The notes beneath the pieces were generated by a model. It saw only the letters and a list, made by a program, of their open reading frames with translations. It was not told where the DNA came from and searched no databases. From the NCBI RefSeq assembly GCF_037042905.1, contig NC_087252.1, forward strand, positions 23,498,001 to 23,562,000: a stretch of DNA of 64,000 nucleotides, written 5' to 3'. This document shows, piece after piece, positions 40,527 through 53,833 of this stretch. The stretch comes from Lytechinus pictus (lineage: Eukaryota). The translations under genes were made by a program, and so were the position numbers. Position 1 is the first letter of the stretch. Each line of letters opens with the position of its first letter.

Positions 40527-40795
40527 GGCCCGTATTCTGAAGTATGGGAAGCCAAAAGTATCAAAATATTTATTAAGTTGTATGTTTCCTATGTTTACTG
40601 TGCTCTTTCCTGATTCATCGATGGTGAAGACAATCATCTATTTATACTTCCTACACAATTATGAATGATTTGAGAGCAGAATGAGCTGAAGTATGATATC
40701 TCTACTGTTGGTGATTATGTAACAATTGGCTGTCCATACTTAAACTACAACTTTAAACCTGAGTTTAAGTTAAACCCGACTTCAGAATACGGGCC
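40527..40795. mobile_element. PIF/Harbinger-like MITE, copy 2
   Basis: TIR GGCCCGTATTCTGAAGT / ACTTCAGAATACGGGCC, TSD AAT; lacks ~40 bp present in copy 1. Confidence 0.8.
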
Positions 40796-40851
40796 AATGA
40801 CTTTCTATGTAAGATTTCACAATGTTTCAGGTGATACATCCAATAATCTTA

Positions 40852-41141
40852 CACTGTTAACAAACCCGTGATTGTACAGAAAAAAAAAAGATTTTGCAGA
40901 AAGCAATAACAGAATCATTCTGTTAATTCATTAAACAGGAATTTTTCTGCAATTTAACAGAACATGTCTGTTTAAAAAAGGGGAAAAGGGTGTTTTATTT
41001 AAGGAAATTTGTAAGATTCCGTACACCAAATACCAATTTCCTGTAAGATTACGCAGTCTGGTAACTGGGTAATGTTACAGGTGTTCTCGAGACTCTGGTG
41101 CAGGAACTTCTTTTATTTTAAGGAATTTTTTTTTAACAGTG
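40852..41141. mobile_element. CACTG MITE, TA-flanked
   Basis: TA|CACTGTTAA ... TTAACAGTG|TA. Confidence 0.65.
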
Positions 41142-41369
41142 TATAGGTTTCCATTTTTTATGTGATTTTATCATATAAAGAACCGTATTTTCGCTAATAA
41201 CCTTAATTAAGCACGTGATCCCTGAATGACAATAATTTTTCGAAAGTAATTTCTAGCTGGTTTACCTTAACATTTATTACACAAGAATGAGTCAATTATA
41301 TTACATATATTATAATGCATGCTGCGTTAAAAATGTATATAGATCTACAGACTAAATGTATATACTTAC

Positions 41370-41600
41370 CATGGTTGCGAGAAAGGGCCTGGAGAGATTT
41401 CGAGACGGAAGTTTTATGGTCCAACTTTAAAGCTTTTAATTGCTGTAGGCTCTACCTGATAGGAGTGGTTAATGGGTTCACAATATTCAATTTCTCTCAC
41501 ACTAATTCCCCGTCTTGAGTATAGGCCTATTCGTCATGAACTACGACGGTACATTTTGATCCGTAGTCGCCAAAATAGAACAGTTATATTCGGCCTAATC
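41370..41600 (-). other. Putative upstream (5' leader) exon of the 572-aa gene; 5' end approximate
   Basis: Consensus donor ATG|GTAAGT at 41370/41369, downstream of a CpG-richer patch (41690-41880). Confidence 0.4.
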
Positions 41601-42079
41601 CAAGTCATAACACTCTTGGCCTATACACTGTATAATACAGTCCCATAGCGGTGTCCCATTAGGCATTCTCATTTCTATTGTTAGACACTGAAGCGAGGAG
41701 GGGTACTATACCACAGTAAATGCGGCGTGGGTTGTTAGGGAACGCCAAATCCCTGACAACCCGGGCTATAGTATGAACTATGCCCCGGCGATCAATCACT
41801 CGCGGGCTTTGTCACAACGCTCAAAATAATCATAGGGAATGGTTCCCGTTCACGCCCCCTCTCGCTCGATGTTGCCCCCATTTACCTTTCTAATTTCCTT
41901 GATTTGATTGTTTTTCTAAACAGGTTTTTTGTCACGAATTTATAATACAGACAACTCAGTCTCTTACCCCTCTTTCTCTCCACCCTTCCCTAATTTCCTT
42001 AATTAATTTCCTAATCCCGATTTTGTCTAGAATAATTGCATCCAAAAATAAACCTGTGCAAAAAATGCACATTCAGCTA

Positions 42080-42309
42080 CACTCTAAAAACAGCTAGAGG
42101 GTAAAAATTTCCCTCAATATTGGGTAGAAAGGGAACATGCATGTTTGCTGGGTAATTTTTCCCCTCAATATTGGGCAAAATGCATGTTTGAAGGGCCAAT
42201 TTCATCGCAAAGTTGCGTAAAATGTACCAAATATGTGGTATCTTTTTTACCCAACAAACATCCATGTTCCCATTTTACCCAATATTGTGTAAACCTTTTT
42301 TTTAGAGTG
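42080..42309. mobile_element. CACTC MITE, TA-flanked
   Basis: TA|CACTCTAAAAA ... TTTTTAGAGTG|TA. Confidence 0.7.
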
Positions 42310-42534
42310 TAGCTCTTAATACCTCTGTTCCCCCTTTCTGTCTGTATCCTCACCATCCCACTCACCCCCTCTCTCTACTTCCTCTTTCTAGTATCTTAAT
42401 TTTCATATACTAATTCTGATTGACAAATTATTACAACCGGGAGGCCTTGTTTCAAATACAATAACATAATAAAGCTCTCTCTGTCCCTCACCAATAATTG
42501 TATCACGAATCATTGATTAAATACATCTCCTTCT

Positions 42535-44166
42535 CAGCGGCGTAACAGGGGTCGGTGGCCAGGGGGGGGGGGGGGGGGGGGGCAAGAGCCAAAAATTTCC
42601 CGGTCATATCATGGTATGAACATGTGTAATGGTGTAATGAGGCGACGATTTTGAGAGGGCCAGACATTGCGTATCAGGCAGAATTTATCTTTAAAAAAAA
42701 GTTGCGAGCGAAGCGAGCGAGCAAATTTTTGATATTTTTTATACAAAATCCAATTTAGTGATAGATTTTGACATGATATCCAGAGAATAATATATTTCAC
42801 TCTTCTCTCTTTCCATTCCTTTTTAGTGGTCTGTATGCCACTCTGAACATGATTCTTTGCAGCAGTAGCATGAAGAGTAAAAAAAACGAGAGGCGCAGTA
42901 TGGCGCAAGTGCTAAAAAGCTGCTTAATATAAGTCCAAAGGGAGCGAAGCGAGCGAGAATGAAAATCACATTTTCATGAGAATATAGCTTTGAGATATTT
43001 TTTGACATTGTATTCAGTAAATAAAATCATATCCTACACTTTTCCTTTGCTTTTCTTTCCTCCTTTTTTTTCTTGGTTGTAGAACTTTTGGGGACCATGG
43101 CCCAACCCTTCCATAATCATATACGGCAGTGCTTTGCGGTTGGGGTCCGTCTGGAGCCCCCGGAACTTCCTGATATCAAAGCCATTTAAACCTCGCAGAT
43201 TGCCGCTATTTTTAATCAAATCGCGGGTATATACAGAATATAGCTTTTACACAACACATTTATTCAATCCAGTTAAACCAAATATTTTGAGGGGGCAAAA
43301 CATAGCAATGTGGGAAGATTTGTAAAAAGTCGCCAGGGAGCAAAGCGAGCTGGAAAAAAATGCCTAGTGAAATTAGCTATTAATTATGTGATAGATATCC
43401 ATTATTATTAAGCAAATAACACATTTCATTGTTTCCATTCATTTCATTATACGTTGTCTCCTATAATTTCTTTTATTTCCTCTTGGGTGTGGAACGAAGA
43501 CACCCCCCCGCCTGTACGCCAGTGATTGAACGTAACGCTTAATGAAGGAAGGGTCCCTACAGGGGGGCGTTGGGTGTTATAGAGCCATTTGAAGGTTGTA
43601 GATGAAGAGCCCCTACTGCGTGGGGTCTGGGGCAAAGCCCCGGTAGCTTATTTGCATACTGAATTTAGCAAGCTTATAGCACAATGTTGTATGCAGTCCA
43701 TCTTTCTTCCCGCTCTTTATTTTCTATCCTCGGCAGCCCGGTCATGTTATTAAGTTTTTTTTCTTGTCCTTTTTCTTTGTTTTCCAATTTAGCTTTTGAC
43801 TAATTACATTCTACTTCATTTCCCGTTATTGTTTGCCATTTTGTCATCTTTTAATTTATTTCCCATCTTGCTATTGCATTACATAGGCCTATTTCGAAAT
43901 GATTTGTTCTTTCTCAAATGTTCTTTCGTTCATTTTCCCGCTTTCCTTCCTTTTCCATTAAAAATGTATTTTCTTCTTCGTTTTCTTTTCACTTTTCCCT
44001 TTCCTTTCCCCGTTCATTTTCCTTCTTTCCTTTTCCCCTTTCCTTCCCCTTTCCCTTTCTTTCTCCCTCCCTTTTCTTTTTTTCCCGTTTTTTTCATTTT
44101 CCCGGTGAAATCCGCCAGGGGGGGGGGGCAACTTGCCTCCCCTGCCCCCCGCCTGTTACGCCACTG
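42535..44166. mobile_element. hAT-like non-autonomous element
   Basis: TIR CAGCGGCGTAACAGG / CCTGTTACGCCACTG, 8-bp TSD CTCCTTCT; internal GCGAAGC hairpin motifs. Confidence 0.85.
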
Positions 44167-44919
44167 CTCCTTCTCTCTCGTTCTCTCTCTCTTTTTTATC
44201 GATCCCAACATTCCTCTCTCAATCCCCCTTCTAATTTATTTGTTTTCCTAATTCTGATTGTGTCACTGATTAATTTCAAACAAACACCTAAACTGCAGCT
44301 AGCCGCCGCCTCTCTCCCTCTCTGTCCCCCTCCTCCTCTCTCTCTTTACTTCCCCTTTCTACGTGATGTATTTGTTTTTCTAATTTTGAATGTCTTACGA
44401 ATCATTGCAACCGAAGTGGGAGCTTTAATATAACAGCAGAAGCTAACGCTTTGCTTCAAGTAAAAATCTATACATCACGTTCTCAATCTCAATTCTCTCC
44501 CTCTCTCCATCCCTGTTTCCCCAATATCTTTTTCCTAATTCTAATTGTGTCCCGAATCATCAAGATCGAAATAAAGGCTCATATAAATTATTCATACATG
44601 CATACATTTAATAACTGAATCCATTCATACTAATAATAATGGTATTTTATTACAAGACTGTTCGCAGCAAAAGCTGAATTGTACATAACTTTTACATAAA
44701 AACAATATAAAACATAACAGTATCAAAATAGAACTATACAAATACACAAAGCATGTAAAAATATACATTCATTAATACTTTGGGGGTTAATATGAATCAA
44801 CAGAATATTTTCAAATATATTTACTGATGTAAAATGCATAGATATTCATATTGATCACATAATCATATAAATTCATGACAACATAGTCATACCAAATTAC
44901 TATTTTCATGGAATGGAAA

Positions 44920-47900
44920 GGAGTGACTTTTTGACTTACTGTGGATTACCACCAGGTATGAATAGAACTGTTTCTATTGCTCACCTTTCATGACTACTGA
45001 AACCTGAAACTAACAATGGCACTAAGTAGAACATCTTTTATTCTGTTCACCCTTCTATTGTGTTTGTTTAACAATGGCCATGATGGCCAGATAAAACACC
45101 CTGCATGCATCTACAATGTCAAGTGGCCAGCAGTATATCTTTGCAAATATATGGGTACTCACATACCATATTATGATAACACTTGTGCTACTTTTCAAGC
45201 TTCCTTGGTGATTTGTGGGGATGTAAGCCCCAATCCTGGACCCGGCAACGTAACCACCATTGATAAGAATTTGAATCCTGATAAAGGAACATATCATATC
45301 CCCAAACACACAATTGAAGGTACACGAATATCATATAGTATCACACATTCTAGGAAAATCGGACATGAGTGTCTTCCGCGATTAGATCATGAAACATGGC
45401 AACGAATTCATGACCTTGGGATTGCTCGAAAGAGAAAAACCCATCGGGGGACCAAAGGGAAAGGAAGAAATATCCCCCCAAAGATGGTTGACTTTGCCCT
45501 AAAACACGTGCAATCTGAATCTACCGTGAACCTGAATAACCCTATACCTGTACTACTTCGGCAACGAGATCAGCGAGTAAACATTAAAAGGAATCCCTGC
45601 TTTAAGAAAGTGGAATTGCTAAGTGATCATATATCCTACGATATCCCTTCTGTGTTCCTAAGTAACCTTCGATCTATTAATAATAAAATAGATGAATTGG
45701 AAACTGTTGCCTATGATTTAGATGCTGATGTCCTTGCATTAACTGAAACATGGATTACTCAAGACACACCATCAGAATTATTGGAAATTCCTGGCTATGA
45801 AATGTTCACGAAATCAAGAATGGGTAGAAAAGGGGGAGGTGTCGCCCTCTACGTGAAACCAATGCTCAAACCAAAAGTTTTTCAAGTGGATATTCCGGAT
45901 AATGTTGAAGCAAGATGGGTAATGCTTAGACCAAAACGACTCCCTCGTGAACTATCTTGCATTGTTATATGCGTTGTATATTTTCCACCTCAAAGTCCAT
46001 ATGCTGACGAGTACATCAATCACTTAACAATCACGATTGATGACCTTTTAAGTCGGCATCCTGATGCAGGGATAGCAGTTGTTGGAGACATGAATGACTT
46101 AAACCTTTATCCTTTATTAGTCAATGACCGATTCAAGCAAGTTGTGAGCCAGCCTACCAGAGGAAATAACATATTAGATAAAATTGTAAGCAACTTCGAT
46201 AAGTACTTTTTACCTACTCAAGTAGTTTCCCCTCTTGGCATGAGTGACCACAATTGCGTATTGTGGTCACCTTTTAGGCAACAAGTCAGACCGAAAAATG
46301 TTGTAAAGAGAAAAACAGTCCGTCCTCTTAAAGATAGCGGACTCCGATCATTTGGTCAATGGATAACTGAATATAATTGGGAATGTATATCTTCACTAAA
46401 TGATCCAACAGACAAACATGAATTTATCTATAACACTGTAATGTCAAATTTAGACCTTTACTTACCTACAAAGGAGGTTCGCGTTGATAGCTGTGATAAA
46501 CCATGGATAACTTCACGACTGAAAAGTGATATACGAGCAAGACAGGATGCTTTCCACAGAGGCGACAAACAGCTGTGGCGTCAACTCCGCAATAAAGTTA
46601 TCCGTGCCCTGTCCGATGCAAAGCAGCATTATTACAACACGCGGGTTAAAAATCTTAAGGTGGAAAATCCGGCTGCCTGGTACAAACAAATAAAAATACT
46701 TACCAAAAGAAGTATTACTCCACCAACGATTACAGTACCAGATATTGATAGTGATGACCCTCTGAAGTTTAAAGAAGTTGCGACTGTAATCAATCAGCAT
46801 TTTCTTGGAGTAGCTGCTGACCTACCTTCGCTAGATCAGCACTCTTTGCCAGCCTTCTTACCTTCCCCTGTTGCGTGTCCTCTAGTGCAGCCCTACGAGG
46901 TGTATAAAACTGAAACAAATGAACAGTGGCAAAGCAACAATTGCTAACGATTTACCTGTCCGCATTGCTAAAGAATTTGCTTATGAGCTCTGCTTCCCAC
47001 TGACTGATCTGATGAACTCGTCCTTTCAACAAGGAGTGGTACCCGCCCAATGGAAACTCTCACAAATAACCCCTATCCCAAAGTCCCGACCTGCAGTCAT
47101 TGATAAACTTCGACCCATAGCTCTTACAAATAGTTTTGCAAAGATTGCAGAGTCATTCATTTCCAAATGGTTGTTAGAAGATATTGTGTCTCATATTGAT
47201 CCTAATCAATTCGGAAATCGCCCTGGTCTATCCACAGCACATTACTTAATCAAGTTATTGCATAGTCTGTACGAAAATAGTGACAAACCAAAATCATTGT
47301 CAACGATTGTGTGCACAGACTTTAGTAAGGCCTTTGATAGGCTCGATCACAATATCCTGGTTAGGAAACTGATTGATCTTAGAGTAAGGCCATGCCTCAT
47401 TGAATGGGTGATCAGCTTCTTAGAATCTCGAAAACAATGTGTAAAATACCAGTCTAACCTATCCGATTATATGAACAGTAATGCCGGGGTACCCCAAGGC
47501 ACTAAACTCGGACCGATTTTATTCCTTGTCATGGCAAATGATGCCTGTATGAATGTAACGTTACCATATTTTAAGTATGTGGACGACCTAACCTTGTTGG
47601 ATTGCCGTAAACATTCAGATCCTTCATTGTTGCAAGTTGTATTAGATGATCTTCAGAACTGGTCAGCTCAAAACCACATGAGTCTAAATCCGACAAAATG
47701 TCTTACCATGGATGTTCAGTTCCTCAAAACTCCCAATCCTTCTACAATTCTTTCTATCAATGACTCAGTGCTTATGAATGTCCAGTCAATGAAGATCCTT
47801 GGTGTCACAATACAATCTAGTCTTAAATGGGATTTGCATATATCAGAAATTCTCAAAAAGTGTAACCAGAAATTGTACATGTTCAGGATGGTAAAAAAAT

Positions 47901-49355
47901 ATGGTCTTTGTTTATCTGATATGAAAACAGTTTATGTGGGGTATATTCGCCCAATCATGGAATACTGTGTACCTGTCTTCAATGGATCTCTCACTAAAAA
48001 ACAAGTCACTGACCTCGAACGAATTCAAAAACGAGTCTGTAGAATTATGCTTGGATCATTGTATACTACATATGCCAATGCTTGCCGAATTTGTAACCTT
48101 GATACGTTGGAATATAGAAGAAAAAAATTATGCACCGAATTTGCCAAATCCCTGGTAGAAAACACCCATTGTTGCACTTGGTTACCACCTAAAAAGAAAG
48201 TTTACATGACGTTACGAAACACCCCCAAATACCAACAATTTAAATGCAAAACAAACCGCTATCGTAATAGTTCCCTGCCCTATCTTATCGATCTACTAAA
48301 TGAAACCTAAGCAAATCAATTCCATTAAATATAATAAAGTAATAATGTACTTCAGTTTTAGCCCACCATATGCCGAGATTAAAATGTAATTTCAATATAT
48401 GGTTTGTTACGTTCGTTTTGTTTTGTATGATTTTTCTACCATGACCGAATGAATTTACCAAACTTATCATACTTCTCATGATCCTTTTTAATTTACAATC
48501 CTATGTTTGTGTGATTTACAATGTTTATTTGTGTACCTTCACATGTTTTCCAGTTAGACGAGCAGGCCATTAATTAATTAATCCAAGTCCACTTTTGTTT
48601 CTTGATTTTTAAATATATTCTTATGCTTTGTCCCCCCCTCTCTCTCCCCCCTCTCTCTATATCTTTTTATCTTTACACTCATTTTTGACCTGCAACTGTT
48701 CTCCATCATATTGTCTGTGCTTCTAATGTTACTTTGCAAGACATTATGTTATTTTGATATCGTGAATTCGAGTTATAACGCAAACGTTTTACATATTATA
48801 TGAAATGCAATTATTACATTTTTTTGGTATATTTTGTTTTCCTACACACATGTATGCTTGAATTTCTTCTTTATTTCTTTCATTTCCGTTACCTGTCTCC
48901 GATCACCAAGCTTACTGTTCTCTGTTAAACTTTTTCTTTCTTTGTTGTCTTACCTATTCCCACTTTGTATCTTTCTTCCCATTTCTTCTTTCTGTCAACT
49001 CATTCAGGTCTTCCACTTCTCCACCCCATGATTTATCCTTTCTGAACATCTCTCCTTCTCTTACTCTCTTTCTCTCTCCCCGTTTTCCTTTCTCCCATAT
49101 ATTTCAGCCCTCTCCTTCATTTCTATGTTTCTTTCTCTCTTGCTCTCTTTCTTTGTGCCATTCTTTCAACCCTTAGTCTGTTAAAAGTTGTACTTAGTCT
49201 GAAGATGCAGTTATTTTATATTATTATGTAATTGAATTGTGAAAATAATGTGTAAAAATCAAATTTGTATCATTACAATTGTAAACTTCATGTAATTCAG
49301 CCTTTGGGCTGCGATGTGTTGTTTTTGCCAATAAATACCATTTTACTACTACTAC
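44920..49355 (+). mobile_element. Near full-length APE-RT non-LTR retrotransposon (CR1/L2 group); 5' boundary approximate
   Basis: EN-RT ORF 45016-48310; ~1-kb 3' UTR ending AATTCAGCCTTTGGGCTGCGA...AATAAA...(TAC)n. Confidence 0.9.
45016..48310 (+). pseudogene. LINE endonuclease-reverse transcriptase ORF broken by one frameshift at ~46906-46910
   Basis: APE motifs (NLRS, LTETW, GGGVALY, GDMN, SDH) in 45016-46947; RT motifs (LRPIAL, DFSKAFD, GVPQGTKLGP, YVDD) in 46919-48310; YK-[K]-LKQM is restored by adding 2 nt to the A4 run. Confidence 0.9.
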
Positions 49356-50049
49356 CAGATGCTCGTTTTCTTTGATTTATGCATTACTCTTTAATAATAC
49401 GTAGCACAATCAAGAAGATAAATGTTCGATACTCTTTAAAGATATGCTAAACAATCACAATTCAGAAATGCAACTAGCCTTTCTCCATTTTATCATACAT
49501 TTTTTTCACAATAATATATGGGACTATAAAAAGAAAAATATTGGCGAACATTATAATACAACTTTGAATCAGAAGAGGGGAAAGGTGGTCCCTTATTCGG
49601 TATTTTTTGTATAGATTTAGTTATTAACTGAAATATAAAAAACGTAGTAAACGTATTTTGAACCCCCGAAAAAGGATTGTGTACATGTCATACAGTTTTT
49701 ATTTCCTAAAATATTGGAATAGAGAATACATTAAAAGAAAAATATATTATTTATTTATCACAAATTTTATTCTTGAGTACCCTGTCAAGCTTTACATGTA
49801 TATAAAAATATGTCAAATTACACACTATGTACGTACAATTAAAATTTAATTTCCACAGGGCTCTGTATTATTATCTACATTCATAAAACACAAAATTCAT
49901 TACAAAGAGAACCGAAACATTTCATTATACATGTACAAATTATAGCAACAAAATAAACGAAAATAAGACTTTAAGATTCAGAATGAGAAGGCAAAAAGAT
50001 AAATAAGAGAGAGAGAGTCGAGGAGTTGAAGAAATAAGTTGTATTATCT

Positions 50050-50195
50050 GGGGCCCGTTGCAGAAAGAGTTGCGATCAAACGCAACTAAAAAAATCTTGC
50101 GCAACTTGATTTTCAGCCAATGAAGCACCCGTATTCGGGACCTACGCCTGCATTTGAAGCCTGCGTTTAAACGCAACTCTTTCTGCAACAGACCC
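50050..50195. mobile_element. Short Harbinger-like MITE
   Basis: GGGCCCGTTGCAGAAAGAGTTGCG ... CGCAACTCTTTCTGCAACAGACCC. Confidence 0.7.
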
Positions 50196-50286
50196 AGACC
50201 AATCAATCACAATATACAAGTATTCTTATGTATATAATAACAAAGCAATGCACTACAATACAATAAAGTATATGTATACAGCCCAG

Positions 50287-50415
50287 CAGTGGCGTACCTA
50301 GGATTTTCCACAGGGGGGGCAAAATCGGCCGCCCAAAAAATTGACAAGCAAAAAAAAAAAAAAAAAAGGTCTTCAATCCGAAATAAAGGTTATTGTACCA
50401 GAAATAAAATTGACA

Positions 50416-50453
<38 letters not shown>

Positions 50454-50498
50454 TCTTCAATCCCAAATAAAGGTTATTGTACCAGAAAAAAAATGACA

Positions 50499-50545
<47 letters not shown>

Positions 50546-50732
50546 TCTTCCTTCAAGCTCGTCAGGGTCGGGGGGGGGGGGGGGCAATAAAGGTCTTCAA
50601 GCTCGTCAGGGGGGGCATAAAAGGTCTTTCGAGCTCGTCAGGGGGGGGCAGTGATATGTATTTTGTATGGGTTGTGGCTCGTCAGGGGGGGCAGAGTGCC
50701 CCCCCTGCCCCCCCCCCGTAGGTACGCTAGTG
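50287..50732. mobile_element. hAT-like MITE with internal poly-A tandem units
   Basis: CAGTGGCGTACCTA / TAGGTACGCTAGTG; 8-bp TSD CAGCCCAG; three TGACAAGC(A)nGGTCTTC units. Confidence 0.85.
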
Positions 50733-51094
50733 CAGCCCAGATCAGTGAAATCAATCGAGCAGGGCTTAACACAAATGACAAATAATGTATACAGCATAAC
50801 TAAATTAATTCAGTTCATTACTTAAAAATGCCAATAATACAAGATTGCTATTGTATTCCATGGTATATCTGCACAGTGTTTATAACATTTTAAATTGGTG
50901 GATGAGGTCCATAAATGAACAAAAATATCAAACGTACGGATTTCAGATGAACTTCAAGTATGGATACACCCAATACAAATTGTTGAAAAGAATCTCGATG
51001 ATGTATTCTTTAAAGAATATTAGACTTATTCCAACTCCGCCCCTTGTTTAGCCATCACATTTTTTTTTCTTTTTTTAATAACTAGGAGAAATCT

Positions 51095-51251
51095 GGGGCC
51101 CGTTGCATATAACTTTTTATCTGAGAAAACTCAGGTTGTTTTTACCGGAGTTTTTGCCCTGTGTTAAAGTCAATGGCAGAAATCAGACTAACCTAAGTTT
51201 TCAGCTTTTACCAGAGTTTTCTCAGGTAAAAAGTTTTATGCAACAGGCCCC
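51095..51251. mobile_element. Short Harbinger-like MITE
   Basis: GGGGCCCGTTGCATA ... TATGCAACAGGCCCC. Confidence 0.7.
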
Positions 51252-53798
51252 AGGTATACTAAAATGCGATTGATAATTTTCCCGAAACCATGTTTTAGAT
51301 AAAGGCCTAATACATGTACCAAAAATTAGAACAGGGTTTTCCAAATCATGCATTCTGAATACAAAACGTTGTAAAAAAGGAATCCCTTGAACATTATTAT
51401 CCATGTACTCGCAGAATATGTTTATAATAAAATATTTATATTCAATACTTATCATATTCATATATAACATCGCTATCCAAATCAGCGTACATTCGGAATA
51501 TATCGTCGGAGCCCTCCATTGCTCTAAACAAATACATATCAACAAAGATATAACGACAAATTCAAATGTAGATGAAATAGAAAAAAAAAAGAAATAGAAA
51601 ATTGCCGACAGCCCATTGAATAAATGCACAAAAAGTCATAATACATACCTATACAGATTGAACACCCACATAACAGAGGGAATAAAATATAATACAAACT
51701 TCATGGACAAAAGTTTTTGAGTTATATGCCTTTAGATGAAAAGAGATGAAATTTATACGAAATTGGGGAATAGACTGCCAAGAAGAACACTTATAGTCTA
51801 TACCCCATAAATCTCTATATCATATCTCATATCAGATTCATTAAGCCATGCATATTATTTCGTTGCTCGTCTATATTCTACAAATAAAAAGATTTACCTT
51901 CATTCCAATATAATTGGCCTGTAAAAAAATATTTTGGTAGAAAATGGTGCGAGCATTGTATCCTAATTAACATTTCATTTTTGCTCCCTATATTCTGTTC
52001 TTGTTCCAGAAGACATTTCTATGACGATATAAATACCCAGGGAACAGCTTCATGCAAACATTTATTTAATGTTTTTATATTGCAGTCAATATTTTGTTGC
52101 AGTCGAATATATTAAAAATGCGTATAGAGAGATCAATTTGGACTGACACAGCAAACAATATAACTTTAACAAATGGTACAAAATGAAACAGCAAAGAATA
52201 TATAAAACTACAAATCAATTTACACATTATGTTCAGCACAAGGCAGTACACTTTAATAAATAAATGTTCAATCATCATTTTCACCTAGACACCAACTGAC
52301 AATCTGGTAGATGAAGTTTTATCATTACAACCACGAGATCTATATGGCAATGGGGGTTCCATTTCACCATCAGTTTTATCCGTATCAGACTTAATTTTAC
52401 AGTATGACTACTTGCAATAGCATGACAGTATCAATATATGGAACAAAAGTACACATAATAATATATATATACATGTCGGGTAATGTATTCAAGTAAGATT
52501 TATCGTTATTCTTTCTTGTAGAAAGTATTACGAGCACAATAATGATTAACATTTTATAATTTTTTTTCTTAATCGATCAGTCACTTCTATGTTGACAAAT
52601 TCATCATTTTGTAATTACTTACGCCTTAGTTTATGCAGGGCATATGTTAATAAATTTGCTATCCATACCTCACTTTCATGCACATACATAGACAATATTG
52701 TTGGTGCACAAGCAAGAAAATTATATCTTTGGAAAAGGGGGAATCACAAAATACGAATAGCTGCTAATTTATGTGTGGAACTCTGTTATGATATTAACTC
52801 TTCAAAATAAGTGGATACATAGTTATTACAAGTATTTCCTCGGCTCTGTAGGCGGCCATACGTGTATTCTAAATACAATTATCATAGACAATTTGTTCAC
52901 TCATAATGACGAGCTTGTGGGTCTGACGCAGAATGCTCAAGGTCAGTTGGAGAGAGAGAAGGAAATAAATGCATGGGTTCGAGAGAGAATCGGAATCCCG
53001 GTAGCAGGCTTTGTCGGTGGAGGTCACGGTGGATGCTCTATTATCTCTATTATCTTCGGTATGCCACTGAATATATATCGTTCGGAGGGCCCATAGTGAC
53101 ATCCCGATCTTCCTTTCTGATCAAAGAGGGTACAAAAAAGTTATTGCAAGTTTGCAAATAAAAAGCTTCTGAGCAAGTGTTTGCTTCAGAAAGTTATTGC
53201 AACATGTAAATATTGCCAACAGAACACCCAAAGGGTAAAGGCGTTTCTTATTTTCTCCATGACCATTCGTGTTTCGCATTTCAAGAAGAGCCTCAAAATC
53301 AAAGTCACTTCCATCATCGCTTTTTAGTGGGATCCTCCATTTTCACAAATAATACATCACAAATCCTTTACACATGATTATTTTGTATGTTACTTTCTTA
53401 TATCGTGTCTTTTTCAAGTTGATTTAATGACCTTGGTATATTTTTTTATGATGCTGACTTGTTATGATTGTATTTCTTTGATTTATATTTTGTTGAAAAT
53501 GAAATGAATGAAATGGAAAAAATGAATTTGATGTCCTAAATAGGAAATGTACGATATTTGCTTTCATTTAATGCAAAAAAAAATAGATGTAATAATGTAA
53601 TGCCCAAAACAAATCACCACTGGAATGAAATAAAATAATAATAGGCTTTCACTTTTTTACTTTAAAATAAAATATGTGTATTGTGAATATTTGTTTAATT
53701 TGTGTGTAATTTTATTCTAATTATTTGACATGCCTAATGACTTGTTAAAGGCCTACCCTATCCCTCTCTTTACTTTCACTTTTACCTGCACCACTTCG

Positions 53799-53833
<35 letters not shown>

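Noticed and set aside
43796-44433. Phe/Pro-rich 151- and 171-aa ORFs
   Set aside because: Low-complexity pyrimidine tract within and next to a hAT-like element.
46900-46925. Programmed ribosomal frameshift
   Set aside because: No X XXY YYZ slippery heptamer or evident downstream structure; EN and RT are normally in one frame in this group.
50203-50654. Poly-Lys and poly-Phe ORFs
   Set aside because: Homopolymer runs inside a MITE.
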